Of a DNA stretch of 35,719 nt, positions 1 through 8,707 are shown piece by piece; position 1 is the stretch's first letter, and every line of letters starts with the position of its first letter. The translations under genes and the position numbers were made by a program. Source of the stretch: Nostoc sp. (GTDB taxonomy: Bacteria > Cyanobacteriota > Cyanobacteriia > Cyanobacteriales > Nostocaceae); assembly GCA_036918135.1 (NCBI GenBank), contig JBALDB010000049.1:1-35719 (forward strand). Reading direction: 5' to 3'. The notes beneath the pieces were generated by a model. It was not told the DNA's origin. It did no database searches and saw only the letters and a list, made by a program, of their open reading frames with translations.

Positions 1-94
1 GATGGGAACGTCAAAAGGTTTACTTTGATGCATTCATTGACCTTGCTACTATCCACATCTGGATTAACAAAATATTATTAGTGGGATAGGTTCA
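1..94 (+). mobile_element. 3' end of an IS5-family transposase and right end of the element (runs off the window)
   Basis: Frame from base 3 reads WERQKVYFDAFIDLATIHIWINKILLVG-stop (TAG 87-89), like the RWER...F..F..LA.I.IW C-terminus of cyanobacterial IS5 transposases. Unrelated amidase sequence resumes at about 95. Confidence 0.7.
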
Positions 95-551
95 TGTCAT
101 TTTGAAAATCGGTAAAAAGGTAGCCTCACTTTTAGAGCTTAATGGTATTAAAGTCATCATGACAAGGGATGCTGACTATTTTGTAGACCTTGCTCCGAGA
201 GTTGTCATGGCGGAACATGCTCATGCAGACTTATTTGTGAGCATTCATGCGAATTCAATTGATAACAACCCTGGTGCAAATGGTTTAGAAACTTATCATT
301 ACGACTGGGGTTATCGTTTAGCGCAAATGGTTCACAAAAGCATTCTTCAAGGCATTCCGACATTAAAAGACCGAGGAGTTAAACGAGCTAGATTTTATGT
401 GCTGAGAAAAAATTCTATGCCCGCAATTTTAATAGAAACTGGTTTTGTGATAGGTTCTGAAGATAACCCCAGACTAGCAAACCTAGAGTATGATAATCGC
501 ATGGCTGAAGCGATCGTTCGCGGCATTCTCAAGTATTTACGGCAAAGGTAA
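95..551 (+). pseudogene. amiC: N-acetylmuramoyl-L-alanine amidase (Amidase_3) C-terminal part, 5'-truncated by the IS
   Basis: Motifs VIMTRD..YFVDL..RV, LFVSIHANS, GLETY and MPAILIETGF are present. Homology extends upstream of the TTG at 102 (V-I-L), but the N-terminal DPGHGG...EK zinc-ligand segment is absent. Confidence 0.8.
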
Positions 552-568
552 GTAAAGGCATAAAATAA

Positions 569-596
569 AACCGCTGTACTGGAGAGTACAGCAGTT
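569..596 (+). terminator. Hairpin after amiC, likely intrinsic terminator
   Basis: aaccgctgtact-ggag-agtacagcagtt (11/12 paired), followed by a T-rich stretch. Confidence 0.55.
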
Positions 597-1034
597 ATGG
601 TTTATTGCAATGTAGATGCTCCTGTGGTAGCTTGCACCTTTTTAGCTAGGTCAGGGGAGGAAAAATCGCTTTCTGAGACTGTTTGCTGGTTGGTACTCGT
701 CTATTGACCGCGTTGCAAAATTATTAATATTTTTTCTTATTTGTTAAAGTCACTATATAAGGAAATTTCCTAAGAAGCAAGCTTTAACTTATAGAGAATA
801 ATTATAAATTATTCTTCAAAGATTGATTTTGAGTATAAGCAAGATATTTCGGCTTAAAAGTAAGCTATGTAAGCTTTAGCAACTACTAATAAATCTTATA
901 AAATGCTGAAGATACTAGTAAAAAACCAAAAATAAATGTAAAATACTATCAATTACTTCCTCATATGTGCCGGAACAAGTGCAAATACCTGCAATAAGTG
1001 GTTGCGGTTCATGGCAGTGGGGATAGGGCATTTC

Positions 1035-1397
1035 CTATTCCCTTTTTCTTAATAGAATCTCCGGTGAGTTGCTGTGCGAGCCATTACCCTTTTGCTTAGT
1101 TTTTAGGGCAACCTTCATCGGCTGGTTTGGCTTCGAGGGTAGGTAAATCGTTTGGAGAGTTGCGTCTGGTTGATCGGCATATATCTTTCTCACCGTGTTC
1201 AGGACAACTTCAACTGGCAGTTGTGTACCTTGAGGGATAATCGTCCCAATTTGGCGATGCTGCTCGAAGTTGCTAATCTTTGAGTAGAAGAATAATAAAC
1301 TACTGGTTCAGCCGATAATAATTGCAATCAGTCCTACCGCTAAACCAATGTAGTAGTGTAAGGTAAAAACCAGGTCACCTAGTTTTTTAGAGTTCAC
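1035..1397 (-). pseudogene. PepSY-associated TM helix (iron-regulated membrane) protein, N-terminal remnant
   Basis: Not in the ORF track. From GTG 1397: MNSKKLGDLVFTLHYYIGLAVGLIAIIIG*TSSLLFF...IIPQGTQLPVEVVLNTVRKIYADQP. Matches the LH.Y.GL..GL.....GLTGS start of PepSY-TM proteins. In-frame TGA at 1308-1310, only 121 codons, directly downstream of the TonB receptor. Confidence 0.7.
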
Positions 1398-1456
1398 AGC
1401 AGGTACATTGAAATATTTAAGCCTTGGCATTCGGGAAACAGCCGTAGAGACTGGAG

Positions 1457-3524
1457 TCAAAACTCCCACCGAATCGTGCCCTGCACTGTGAACGGCTCAC
1501 CGTAAAAATTGCCGAATCTATAATCGGAAGCCTCCAAATAATTGACATCGAACAGATTTCTAAAATTCAGTCCAGCGCGGAAGCGATCGCGTTTGTAAAA
1601 AATCGCCGCATCCGTTCTAAGATAGCTGGGGAGTTGATAGCTATTGTTTATATCGCCTTGCCGCTGCTCCGGCAAAAAACAAGCCCAAGCCAACTCCAAA
1701 GCCTTTCATCGAACCGTGCTGAATTTCATAACTTGTCCAAAAGTTAATTGCATTTTCCGGCTTAGCTAATCGATTACCCACAGGGATTGTATTGTCTTCA
1801 GTGACTTCGGCATTCGTGTAGGCATAGTCTGCAATGATGTTCTTATCTTTTCGCTCGAATCTACCCAGATCGACTCCAAAGATGAGTTGATGCCCAATTG
1901 AACCTGTTAAAAACTTGCCAGTTAGATTGATATTTAGGTCATAGGTATTTGTATCATTAGCCTCATCAAAAAGTAACCCACTTAGGATTCGATTATTGGC
2001 ATCAAAATCGAAATTAAAACGCTCCCTATCTGTACTGGTGACTTTGCTCAGTCCCCACTGAAATGCCTGTTGCAACGACCAGTTGTCGCTTAACTGATGC
2101 TCTAACCGATAGCCTAATCTGTAAATCTTAAGATATTGAATGCCGTTAGGGTCTCCGGCAAAAGTACCGCGCCGGATCTTACCATTGGGGTTTGGCAGTA
2201 CCGTGCCGACTGCCGGCAAGCCGAAGTCAAGAACCTCGTTTCTATCTGTATACTCACCTTCTAGGGTAATGCGGGTGTGCTGACTAATGTCCCAACTGAT
2301 GACAGGGGCAATCGTGAATCGCTCCTGCTGATAAAAATTAACGAAACTGTTGCTATTTTGGTAGCCTGCATTGAAGCGATATAACAGGGATTTGGAATCG
2401 TTTAACGGTCCTGATAAATCAATCGCACCTTGATAGAAGTCATAATTACCAATCGTGGCATCAGCGGCATAGAAGCGGTCGCGCAGTGGTTGCTTTGTCA
2501 CAATGTTAATGGTTCCCCCTGGATTACCTATTCCATACAGTACCGAAGCAGGACCCAAAAGCACTTCAATTCGTTCTATATTGGGAGCGAGTCGTGTATC
2601 TACACGTCCAGCCTCTCTCAGCCCATTTCTGAGAAAAGTGCCATCGTTGCCACCACTGACCCTAAAACCTCGAATCGAAAACTGGGGAACTTCGCTGGTT
2701 GAACCACGGTTTGGAGAGACGCTAGCAACGTTTCTCAAAGCTTCGTTGAAGCTGGGGGCGTTTTGATCGCGCAGTACTTGTTGGGGGACGACTTCAATTG
2801 ATTGGGGAATATCCCGCAGGGGGGTGTCGGTTCGCGTGCCCACAGAGCTATTTGGCACACGATAGCCATCTTGCTCACCTGTCACAACTAACTCAATCGG
2901 TTCATCGCCTTGTGTCGATGGTGTCTGGCTTGTTGGCTGTTGTTGAGTTTGCGGTGTTTGAGGTGGCTGCATTGCAGTTGCTGTAGTTGCTACTGCAAAA
3001 ACCAACCCTGCATCATCGTCAAATAACTCAACCGTGGGTAAAACCTTTTCACCTACCACCGTCACCCGCACAGTATTTGCATTAATATTTGTAGCTGTTA
3101 TTTCAGTAATTCCCTCAACTGGTTTTTCAGAACGAAACGTAAAAGCATCGCCCGAAGGTAAATGCAATTGCCCACCTGAGACATCCACAATAAAATTATT
3201 GCCTGTACTGCGATTTGTAACTTGTAGTTGAGTGACAACAGGTGTCTCTAAAATCACCTCCACACCTTTAGGAGTAGGATTTGCCTTCACCCCCGTTATT
3301 CGTACAATTCCTGATACTGGCGTTGCTTGTGGAGTTGACGATTGCGAAAACAACTCACTAGCATTGGTGGCTGGCAGTTTAACTTCGCTCAGTTGAGGAA
3401 TTTTTGTAATTGCTGTTGGTTGATTCTGTTTCACTTCTGCTCGTACAGATTGTGCAAGCAACAATGGCAAAAAACTTATGACTAACCATAGCCAAGTATT
3501 AGATAGCGATCGCTCAATTCTCAT
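1457..3524 (-). pseudogene. TonB-dependent siderophore receptor with AMIN domain; internal deletion plus frameshift
   Basis: Signal peptide, AMIN region, plug (TRTDTPLRDIPQSIEVV, ERIEVLLGPASVLYG) and C-terminal ...TVQGTIRWEF. The barrel jumps to NIIADYAYTNAEV near 1842, and a +1 frameshift near 1665 moves the last part (RQGDINNSY...WEF) into ORF 1457..1699. Confidence 0.9.
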
Positions 3525-3639
3525 TATTCCTCACACTCCACCAAACCAACTCTAATTAAATGACAAGAGTTATGAATAAGTCTGGAGTGTATTGTATGGA
3601 GACAACAAGCGTCATGTCTAGCCACAAAAAAATGCCAGA

Positions 3640-3746
3640 TCATCGCCAAAAGGACTTTTTGCCCAACATACACTCGCTGGGTGCGATCCCAAATTGGCGT
3701 TTAAATGCAGCAGCAAAGTGAACGGGATTAGTATAGCCCAGTAATA
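3640..3746 (-). pseudogene. C-terminal fragment of a PchR-like AraC regulator, cut by IS630
   Basis: Reads LLGYTNPVHFAAAFKRQFGIAPSECMLGKKSFWR-stop (TGA 3640-3642), the second AraC HTH signature. Sits upstream of the TonB receptor, as is usual in cyanobacterial loci. Confidence 0.75.
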
Positions 3747-3748
3747 TA

Positions 3749-4895
3749 TAGCAATCCTATTTGAGATCCGAACAGGGTTCATACTGATGCAGCTTGGGAA
3801 AATCAAATTCTTGGTGATTGGTAAAGAATTTAAACAGCCATTTAACAACAGAAAAAGATTTGCACAAATGCCAATACTTCCTCAAAAAGTTTTTGGACTG
3901 TAACCAAACATCTTCTACAGGATTTTGTTCAGGCGCATTAGGGGCAAATCGAATACAAGTAATTGGCCATTGAGCTGGTTCATGGCGATCGTTAACGCCT
4001 AACAAAAACTTTTTAACTTCATCTGACCGATGGTAACTAGCTCCATCCCAAATTAAAGCAATTCTTTTTCCTGAGCGTTGGTTTTGTAGATACTTAATGA
4101 AATCTACTGTATTTGATGAATTTCCTGCTGGATACTCGCGAACGATAAACTCTTGTGTCTTATAATCTAATGCTCCAAAATAAGTTTGTTTATCTTTAAT
4201 ATTTTTAATGGGGATTTCAATTCTGATATCTGTCTTTCCCCAAACATATCCACAGACATCATTTGCAAGTAAATGGCACTCATCCACAAAAAAGACAACT
4301 AGGTGTCCTGACTCTATCTGGGCTTGGTTCTGACTCAGAAAATTAATAATTTCTTCCCTCTTGATTTTGACCAAATCTAAATTGAAATTCGGGTTGGTTT
4401 TCTGAGATTTATTCCAACTAATCTTTGCTGATGACAGCAGAGCATAGTAGCTTTGTTTAGATTGATAAATTACACCATAATTTTCATCTAAATAACTCAC
4501 TAATTCATCTATATCACAATACTCTTTGACTCTCAACCAGGTGATAATTCCTGTATGTTGTTCTGTTGTTAAATAACTCTTTGCACCTTTATAACCTAGC
4601 TTAATACCATCTAGTCCTTCAGCTTCAAATCTTTGTTTCCAATTTGTAATACAAGACTTATGCATTCCCAAAAGTTTAGTAATCTTAGAGTATGGCTCAT
4701 CCTGTAACGCCATTTTTACTGCTATTGCCCGTTTAAGTTCCCTTGCTTCTGGATGACTATGAATAAACTCTGTTAAAATTGCTATTCTCTCTGATTTTTG
4801 TTGTTGTTCTAATAAAAAGTTCTTCATCGGTATAATCTGTCATCTAGTCTTTAGTATAAAAATACCATAAGTTTTTATCTCATTTAGGATTGCTA
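3749..4895 (-). mobile_element. Complete IS630-family insertion sequence
   Basis: Terminal inverted repeats tatagcaatcctatttgaga (3747-3766) and tctcatttaggattgctata (4878-4897), 18/20 match including flanking TA dinucleotides. Confidence 0.9.
3757..4827 (-). CDS. IS630-family transposase, 356 aa, intact
   Basis: N-terminal HTH; DDE motifs FFVDECH, IWDGASYH and APEQNPVEDVW. Confidence 0.92.
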   Translation of the reverse strand: MKNFLLEQQQKSERIAILTEFIHSHPEARELKRAIAVKMALQDEPYSKITKLLGMHKSCITNWKQRFEAEGLDGIKLGYKGAKSYLTTEQHTGIITWLRVKEYCDIDELVSYLDENYGVIYQSKQSYYALLSSAKISWNKSQKTNPNFNLDLVKIKREEIINFLSQNQAQIESGHLVVFFVDECHLLANDVCGYVWGKTDIRIEIPIKNIKDKQTYFGALDYKTQEFIVREYPAGNSSNTVDFIKYLQNQRSGKRIALIWDGASYHRSDEVKKFLLGVNDRHEPAQWPITCIRFAPNAPEQNPVEDVWLQSKNFLRKYWHLCKSFSVVKWLFKFFTNHQEFDFPKLHQYEPCSDLK

Positions 4896-4896
4896 T

Positions 4897-5224
4897 ATTG
4901 AAGTTACACACCAGAGAACCAAAAAAGACTTCGCCATCCAAATGAAGAATTTAGTAGACATTTATTGTCCACAAGCCTCCAAGATTCATCTGATAATTGA
5001 TAACCTTAACACACACAATCCAGCTACTTTGTACGAAGTATTTCAGCCATAAAAAGCACGCCGAATTGTTAAAAAATTACAGTTTCACTACACACCAAAA
5101 CACGCTTCATGGTTGAATCAAGTTGAGATTGAATTTTCCGTTTTATCACGGAGCGTGCTTGGAAAGGCGAATTGCTGAGGTACAAATATTAATTCAAGAA
5201 ATCGCTGTTTGGGAAAGCGATCGC
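4897..5224 (+). pseudogene. Fragment of a second, different IS630-family transposase
   Basis: IEVTHQRTKKDFAIQMKNLVD...IIDNLNTH...FQP*KARRI...FHYTPKHASWLNQVEIEFSVL, with an internal TAA and a frameshift near 5152. Homology stops at HIP1 5217-5224. Confidence 0.8.
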
Positions 5225-5438
5225 CTGCTTAAAGTTACTTTCAGACTAGGTTTGCTTGTTTTCGGAGATGTCTATTGTGGATAGTCAAGCAAGACAAGGC
5301 ATCGCTAGTCCAAAAATTGTGTTTTTCTACCCGATTTTTGGTAATATTTTAAACATTATTACTCATTGAGCAATCGTTGATAACCTTAACCTGTCAAGAA
5401 TGGTTCTCAATCCCTTTTACATACCTATCAATAAAAGA

Positions 5439-5834
5439 ATGAAGATAACACTTAAGGCAGTTCATCATATACAGGTGACATATCCTATAGAAGTGGAGTC
5501 AGCAATGCTGTTTTTTTACAGCAAAGTGTTAGGACTAACTGAAATTAAAAGACCCTCAGTGATGAAAAACGATTCAGGAGTGTGGTATGCACTAAAAGAC
5601 ATTGAACTACACGTAAGTACGGAGAAAAACGCTAATAATCAAACATCTAGGCGGCATATTTGTTTCCAAGTCGATAACTTGAATGCGTTTGCAGAACACC
5701 TAAAGGCTCATGGGGTAGAAATTATTCCCGATCGACGTCCAATTCCTGGATGCGATCGCTTTTTTGTGCGCGACCCTGGTGGTAATCGTATAGAGATAGC
5801 ATTCATTCAAGATTCACTTATTACAGCACAATAG
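5439..5834 (+). CDS. VOC (glyoxalase/bleomycin resistance/dioxygenase) family protein
   Basis: HHIQV, FYSKVLGL.EI.RP, HICFQV and FVRDPGGNRIE motifs. ATG 5439 preferred over 5400. Confidence 0.85.
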   Translation: MKITLKAVHHIQVTYPIEVESAMLFFYSKVLGLTEIKRPSVMKNDSGVWYALKDIELHVSTEKNANNQTSRRHICFQVDNLNAFAEHLKAHGVEIIPDRRPIPGCDRFFVRDPGGNRIEIAFIQDSLITAQ

Positions 5835-6004
5835 TTATCATTTGACAAACCTTCGGCAGTGGTGCGTTAAGCTGAAGCAATAGACTGAAAAATCAGCTAA
5901 CAACATAGATATACAGACAGGACTCACGCTTTTTGCGTCTTGCTATACGCGGAGGTTTTTATTTGTTATTTGATTAACCAGTTTAATCTCTAAGGAAATT
6001 TACT

Positions 6005-7015
6005 GTGCCTGACTTAATTAACAAACAAATATTACTCAAAAGTCGTCCAATAGGTGAACCAAAACAGAGTGATTTTGCTTTAGTAGAAACAGCAGTTCCC
6101 GAACCAAATGAAGGAGAAATTCTCAGCCGTACCGTTTACCTGTCTCTCGACCCTTATATGCGTGGTCGCATAAGTGCAGGAGAGTCTTACGCCGCTTCAG
6201 TAGAGTTGGATTCAGTTATTGTTGGTGGTACAGTCAGCCAAGTCATTAAATCAAATCATCCTCAATTTCAAGCAGGAGATTTTGTTCTAAATAATAACGG
6301 TTGGCAGACTTATGGTGTATCCAAAGCCGATATGCGTAAACTCGATCCTAATCAGGCTGCTTTGTCTTATAGTCTAGGTGTGTTAGGTATGCCTGGTCTT
6401 ACGGCTTACGCTGCTCTTTTAGATGTAGGTCAACCCAAACAAGGTGAAACCGTTGTGGTTTCAGCGGCTTCTGGTGCTGTTGGTGCAGTAGCAGGTCAAA
6501 TTGCCAAAATTAAAGGTTGTCGAGTAGTTGGAATAGTTGGAAGTGACCAAAAGCGGGACTTTATAGTTGAGGAATTAGGCTTTGATGTTGGTATTAACCG
6601 TAAGACCCAAGAACTTTATCCAGCACTCAAAGAAGCTGCTCCTAATGGTATCGATATTTATTTTGACAATACCGCAGGTGAGATTTTAGAAACTGTGTTG
6701 CAGCAGATTAATTTAGGAGCAAGAATTGCACTTGTAGGTTTAATTTCAGAGTATAATGCTACCTCCCCTCCCCCAGGCCCAAATTTAAGACCCCTGCTCA
6801 TCAAGCGGGCTTTAATTAAAGGGTTCCTAGTTAGTGACTACCAACATCGGTTTAATGATTTCTTGCATGAGGTTTCTAGTTGGTTACGTTCAGGTCAATT
6901 AAAGTATAAAGAAGATGTAGTTGTAGGTTTAGAAAACGCTCCCTCTGCTTTTATCGGTTTGCTGCGGGGTGAGAACTTTGGTAAATTGATTGTGCAAGTA
7001 AGCGAGGATTTCTAG
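6005..7015 (+). CDS. curA: NADP-dependent alkenal/one oxidoreductase (CurA/YncB, prostaglandin-reductase-like MDR)
   Basis: YLSLDPYMRGR, LGVLGMPGLTAY, VSAASGAVG and GLENAP.AFIGLL.G.NFGK. Confidence 0.85.
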   Translation: MPDLINKQILLKSRPIGEPKQSDFALVETAVPEPNEGEILSRTVYLSLDPYMRGRISAGESYAASVELDSVIVGGTVSQVIKSNHPQFQAGDFVLNNNGWQTYGVSKADMRKLDPNQAALSYSLGVLGMPGLTAYAALLDVGQPKQGETVVVSAASGAVGAVAGQIAKIKGCRVVGIVGSDQKRDFIVEELGFDVGINRKTQELYPALKEAAPNGIDIYFDNTAGEILETVLQQINLGARIALVGLISEYNATSPPPGPNLRPLLIKRALIKGFLVSDYQHRFNDFLHEVSSWLRSGQLKYKEDVVVGLENAPSAFIGLLRGENFGKLIVQVSEDF

Positions 7016-7067
7016 ACTTTGGAATTAGGAATTTATAGTTGTCACCAGGTAGTTTATACCAATTCGT

Positions 7068-7279
7068 AATGTTTCCGACAAAGAACGTACGATGATAGCC
7101 ACTCTCTTGAATCCAAAAGCTTGCGTCCAACAGTACGCACTCGACGTAGATTTTCATTCCTTAGATGAAGCATTGCAGTACCCGACTAATGTTGTTGAAT
7201 TTTAGCATTCTGCGTGGTGGAATTGTGCCTTTGGCTTTGCGTTGTAAAATAGTGTTGTTACAGGCTTTTGTGTCATAGC
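7068..7279 (-). pseudogene. IS5-family (IS903 group) transposase C-terminal remnant
   Basis: Across frameshifts reads GYDTKAC...ILQRKAKGTIPPR / AKIQQH...RNENLRRVRTVGRK / WIQESGYHR / RSLSET, matching the DGAYDT...IPPRKNA...W...SGYHRRSL.ET pattern. Confidence 0.7.
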
Positions 7280-7450
7280 CGAATGGCACGCTTGTAAACG
7301 TGAAACCACGAGTAGGGGCAGGGTTGCAGGTTTAGGGTGTTGGGTGTAGGAAAAAATCAAGAAAATTAAAAACAAGTGCGAACTATTAATAAACTTCTTT
7401 GCTACGCAACGCTGGCACGAACGTCACTACACCCCACATCCCACACCCGC
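7280..7450. repeat. MITE-like element, copy 1 (left end)
   Basis: Begins cgaatggcacgcttgtaaacgtgaaaccacg, the reverse complement of the ends at 17541-17562 and 20520-20541. Shares gtgaaaccacg.gtaggg and ccccaca(t/c)cccaca tracts with the other copies. Confidence 0.7.
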
Positions 7451-7540
7451 TCATCCTTATAAATAGCTCAATAGTTTTCTCAATCCCCAATCCCCCATGC
7501 TTAATGTTTACTATAAAAAAAAGGTTAGCAGGAATCTCTC

Positions 7541-8287
7541 ATGAATTTATTGACTTACGTGATGCATCTAGTAGGTTCTGGTGCTTTTGCCTACTACTAT
7601 GCTGCTCAGATCCGTGACTCTAAAACTCGCCCTAATATCCTTGCTGGATTTCAATTAGCGGAATCTGGTTCTGTGCCTTTTTTGACAGCACTAAGCGCTC
7701 GCGCCGCAGCAGAGGGCGATACATGGTTAGCCGAAAAGCTCAAACAACACGCATCAGATGAAACTAGACACGGTCAAATTTTCGCTCACGGTTTAAAACA
7801 ACTCAATAAACAAGTTATAGATTTTAAGAATCAACCCCAAACTACATCTACAGATAAATTACAACAGCAGCGTAGTCCATTTTTTGCAGCCTTCTTTGAA
7901 GGTTACACCTCAGAACAACTAAAACCTGCTTTTATTGACTGGAATGTCTTCATGGGTAGCACTTACATTCTAGAGTTAGATGCTAGCAAAGACTTTGCAA
8001 GGATGGCGAATGTATTACCCGATGATGAACCTGTTTCTCGCAACTTAAAACTAGGAATTTTGAGTGTCGCCAAAGATGAAACTAGTCATGCTGCTTATCT
8101 TTATCAAGCAATGACACGGCGAATGTCTCTTATTCAAGTACAAAAGCTTATAGATGAGTGGCGTACTCGCAAAGTCAACGCGACTTTTGCATTTGCTAAT
8201 AATCTGTTACAAGGCAAAGCACCAAATCGTTCTCTAGTACAAGATAGTATGCCTTCACAAAAAGATTCTCAACTGATTTTAACGTGA
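7541..8287 (+). CDS. Ferritin-like (di-iron four-helix bundle) domain protein
   Basis: Paired E...ExxH ligand sets: AESGS...DETRHG and LELDA...DETSHA. Confidence 0.75.
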   Translation: MNLLTYVMHLVGSGAFAYYYAAQIRDSKTRPNILAGFQLAESGSVPFLTALSARAAAEGDTWLAEKLKQHASDETRHGQIFAHGLKQLNKQVIDFKNQPQTTSTDKLQQQRSPFFAAFFEGYTSEQLKPAFIDWNVFMGSTYILELDASKDFARMANVLPDDEPVSRNLKLGILSVAKDETSHAAYLYQAMTRRMSLIQVQKLIDEWRTRKVNATFAFANNLLQGKAPNRSLVQDSMPSQKDSQLILT

Positions 8288-8502
8288 GTCTCCAACGAAG
8301 GCGCACCTACTCTAAGGGTAAAACAAATAAGTCAAATCCTCTTCCCTCCTGCCTCCTGACTTGAAAGAGGGGTGTAAAGGTGTAGGGGAAAATACATTTT
8401 TCATGCTTGGTGGTGAAACTTGTTTTATCGGGACTGCCTTCTGCCTCCTGCCTTATTTCTTAGGAGTTCGATGGTTTATTTGGTGTCCATTTAGCTAGAC
8501 AT

Positions 8503-8597
8503 AAAAAACCTCTGCTTGGTTTTACTACGCAAAGCCGTCCCTCTGTGATATTGCAGAGGGACATACTTGAACTTAAGTTCAAGGCAGAGAGAGGTTT
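8503..8597 (-). terminator. Multi-stem inverted-repeat structure between convergent genes
   Basis: Outer stem aaacctct (8506-8513)/agaggttt (8590-8597) with an A6 run (U-tract on the minus strand). Inner 9-bp hairpin 8537-8562 and 18-bp palindrome 8566-8583. Confidence 0.5.
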
Positions 8598-8707
8598 ATC
8601 GAATTCACGTTAAGTTAGCGAGGAGCGATCGCTTATTTACTAGTTAGGGAACAACCAATTCGCTGCCAACACTCAAGAGAACTTACTTAGATAGACAAAG
8701 CGATCGC

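Noticed and set aside
3555..3582. Fur box upstream of the TonB receptor
   Set aside because: Plausible by context, but the AT-rich match (tgacaagagttatgaataa) is too weak to call by eye.
3618..3848. 76-aa ORF as a real gene
   Set aside because: Chimeric frame spanning the IS630 end and the wrong frame of the AraC tail.
5255..5275. Isolated IS/MITE-like end (ttttcggagatgtcta); similarly ttaactgaaccgtatta at 24706-24722
   Set aside because: They resemble recalled cyanobacterial element termini, but no partner repeat is in the window, so family and extent cannot be supported.
7120..7145. GTGCG on the minus strand as a group II intron 5' end; ORF 6951..7157 as a gene
   Set aside because: The region translates as a frameshifted IS903-group transposase remnant; no intron domain V or RT is present.
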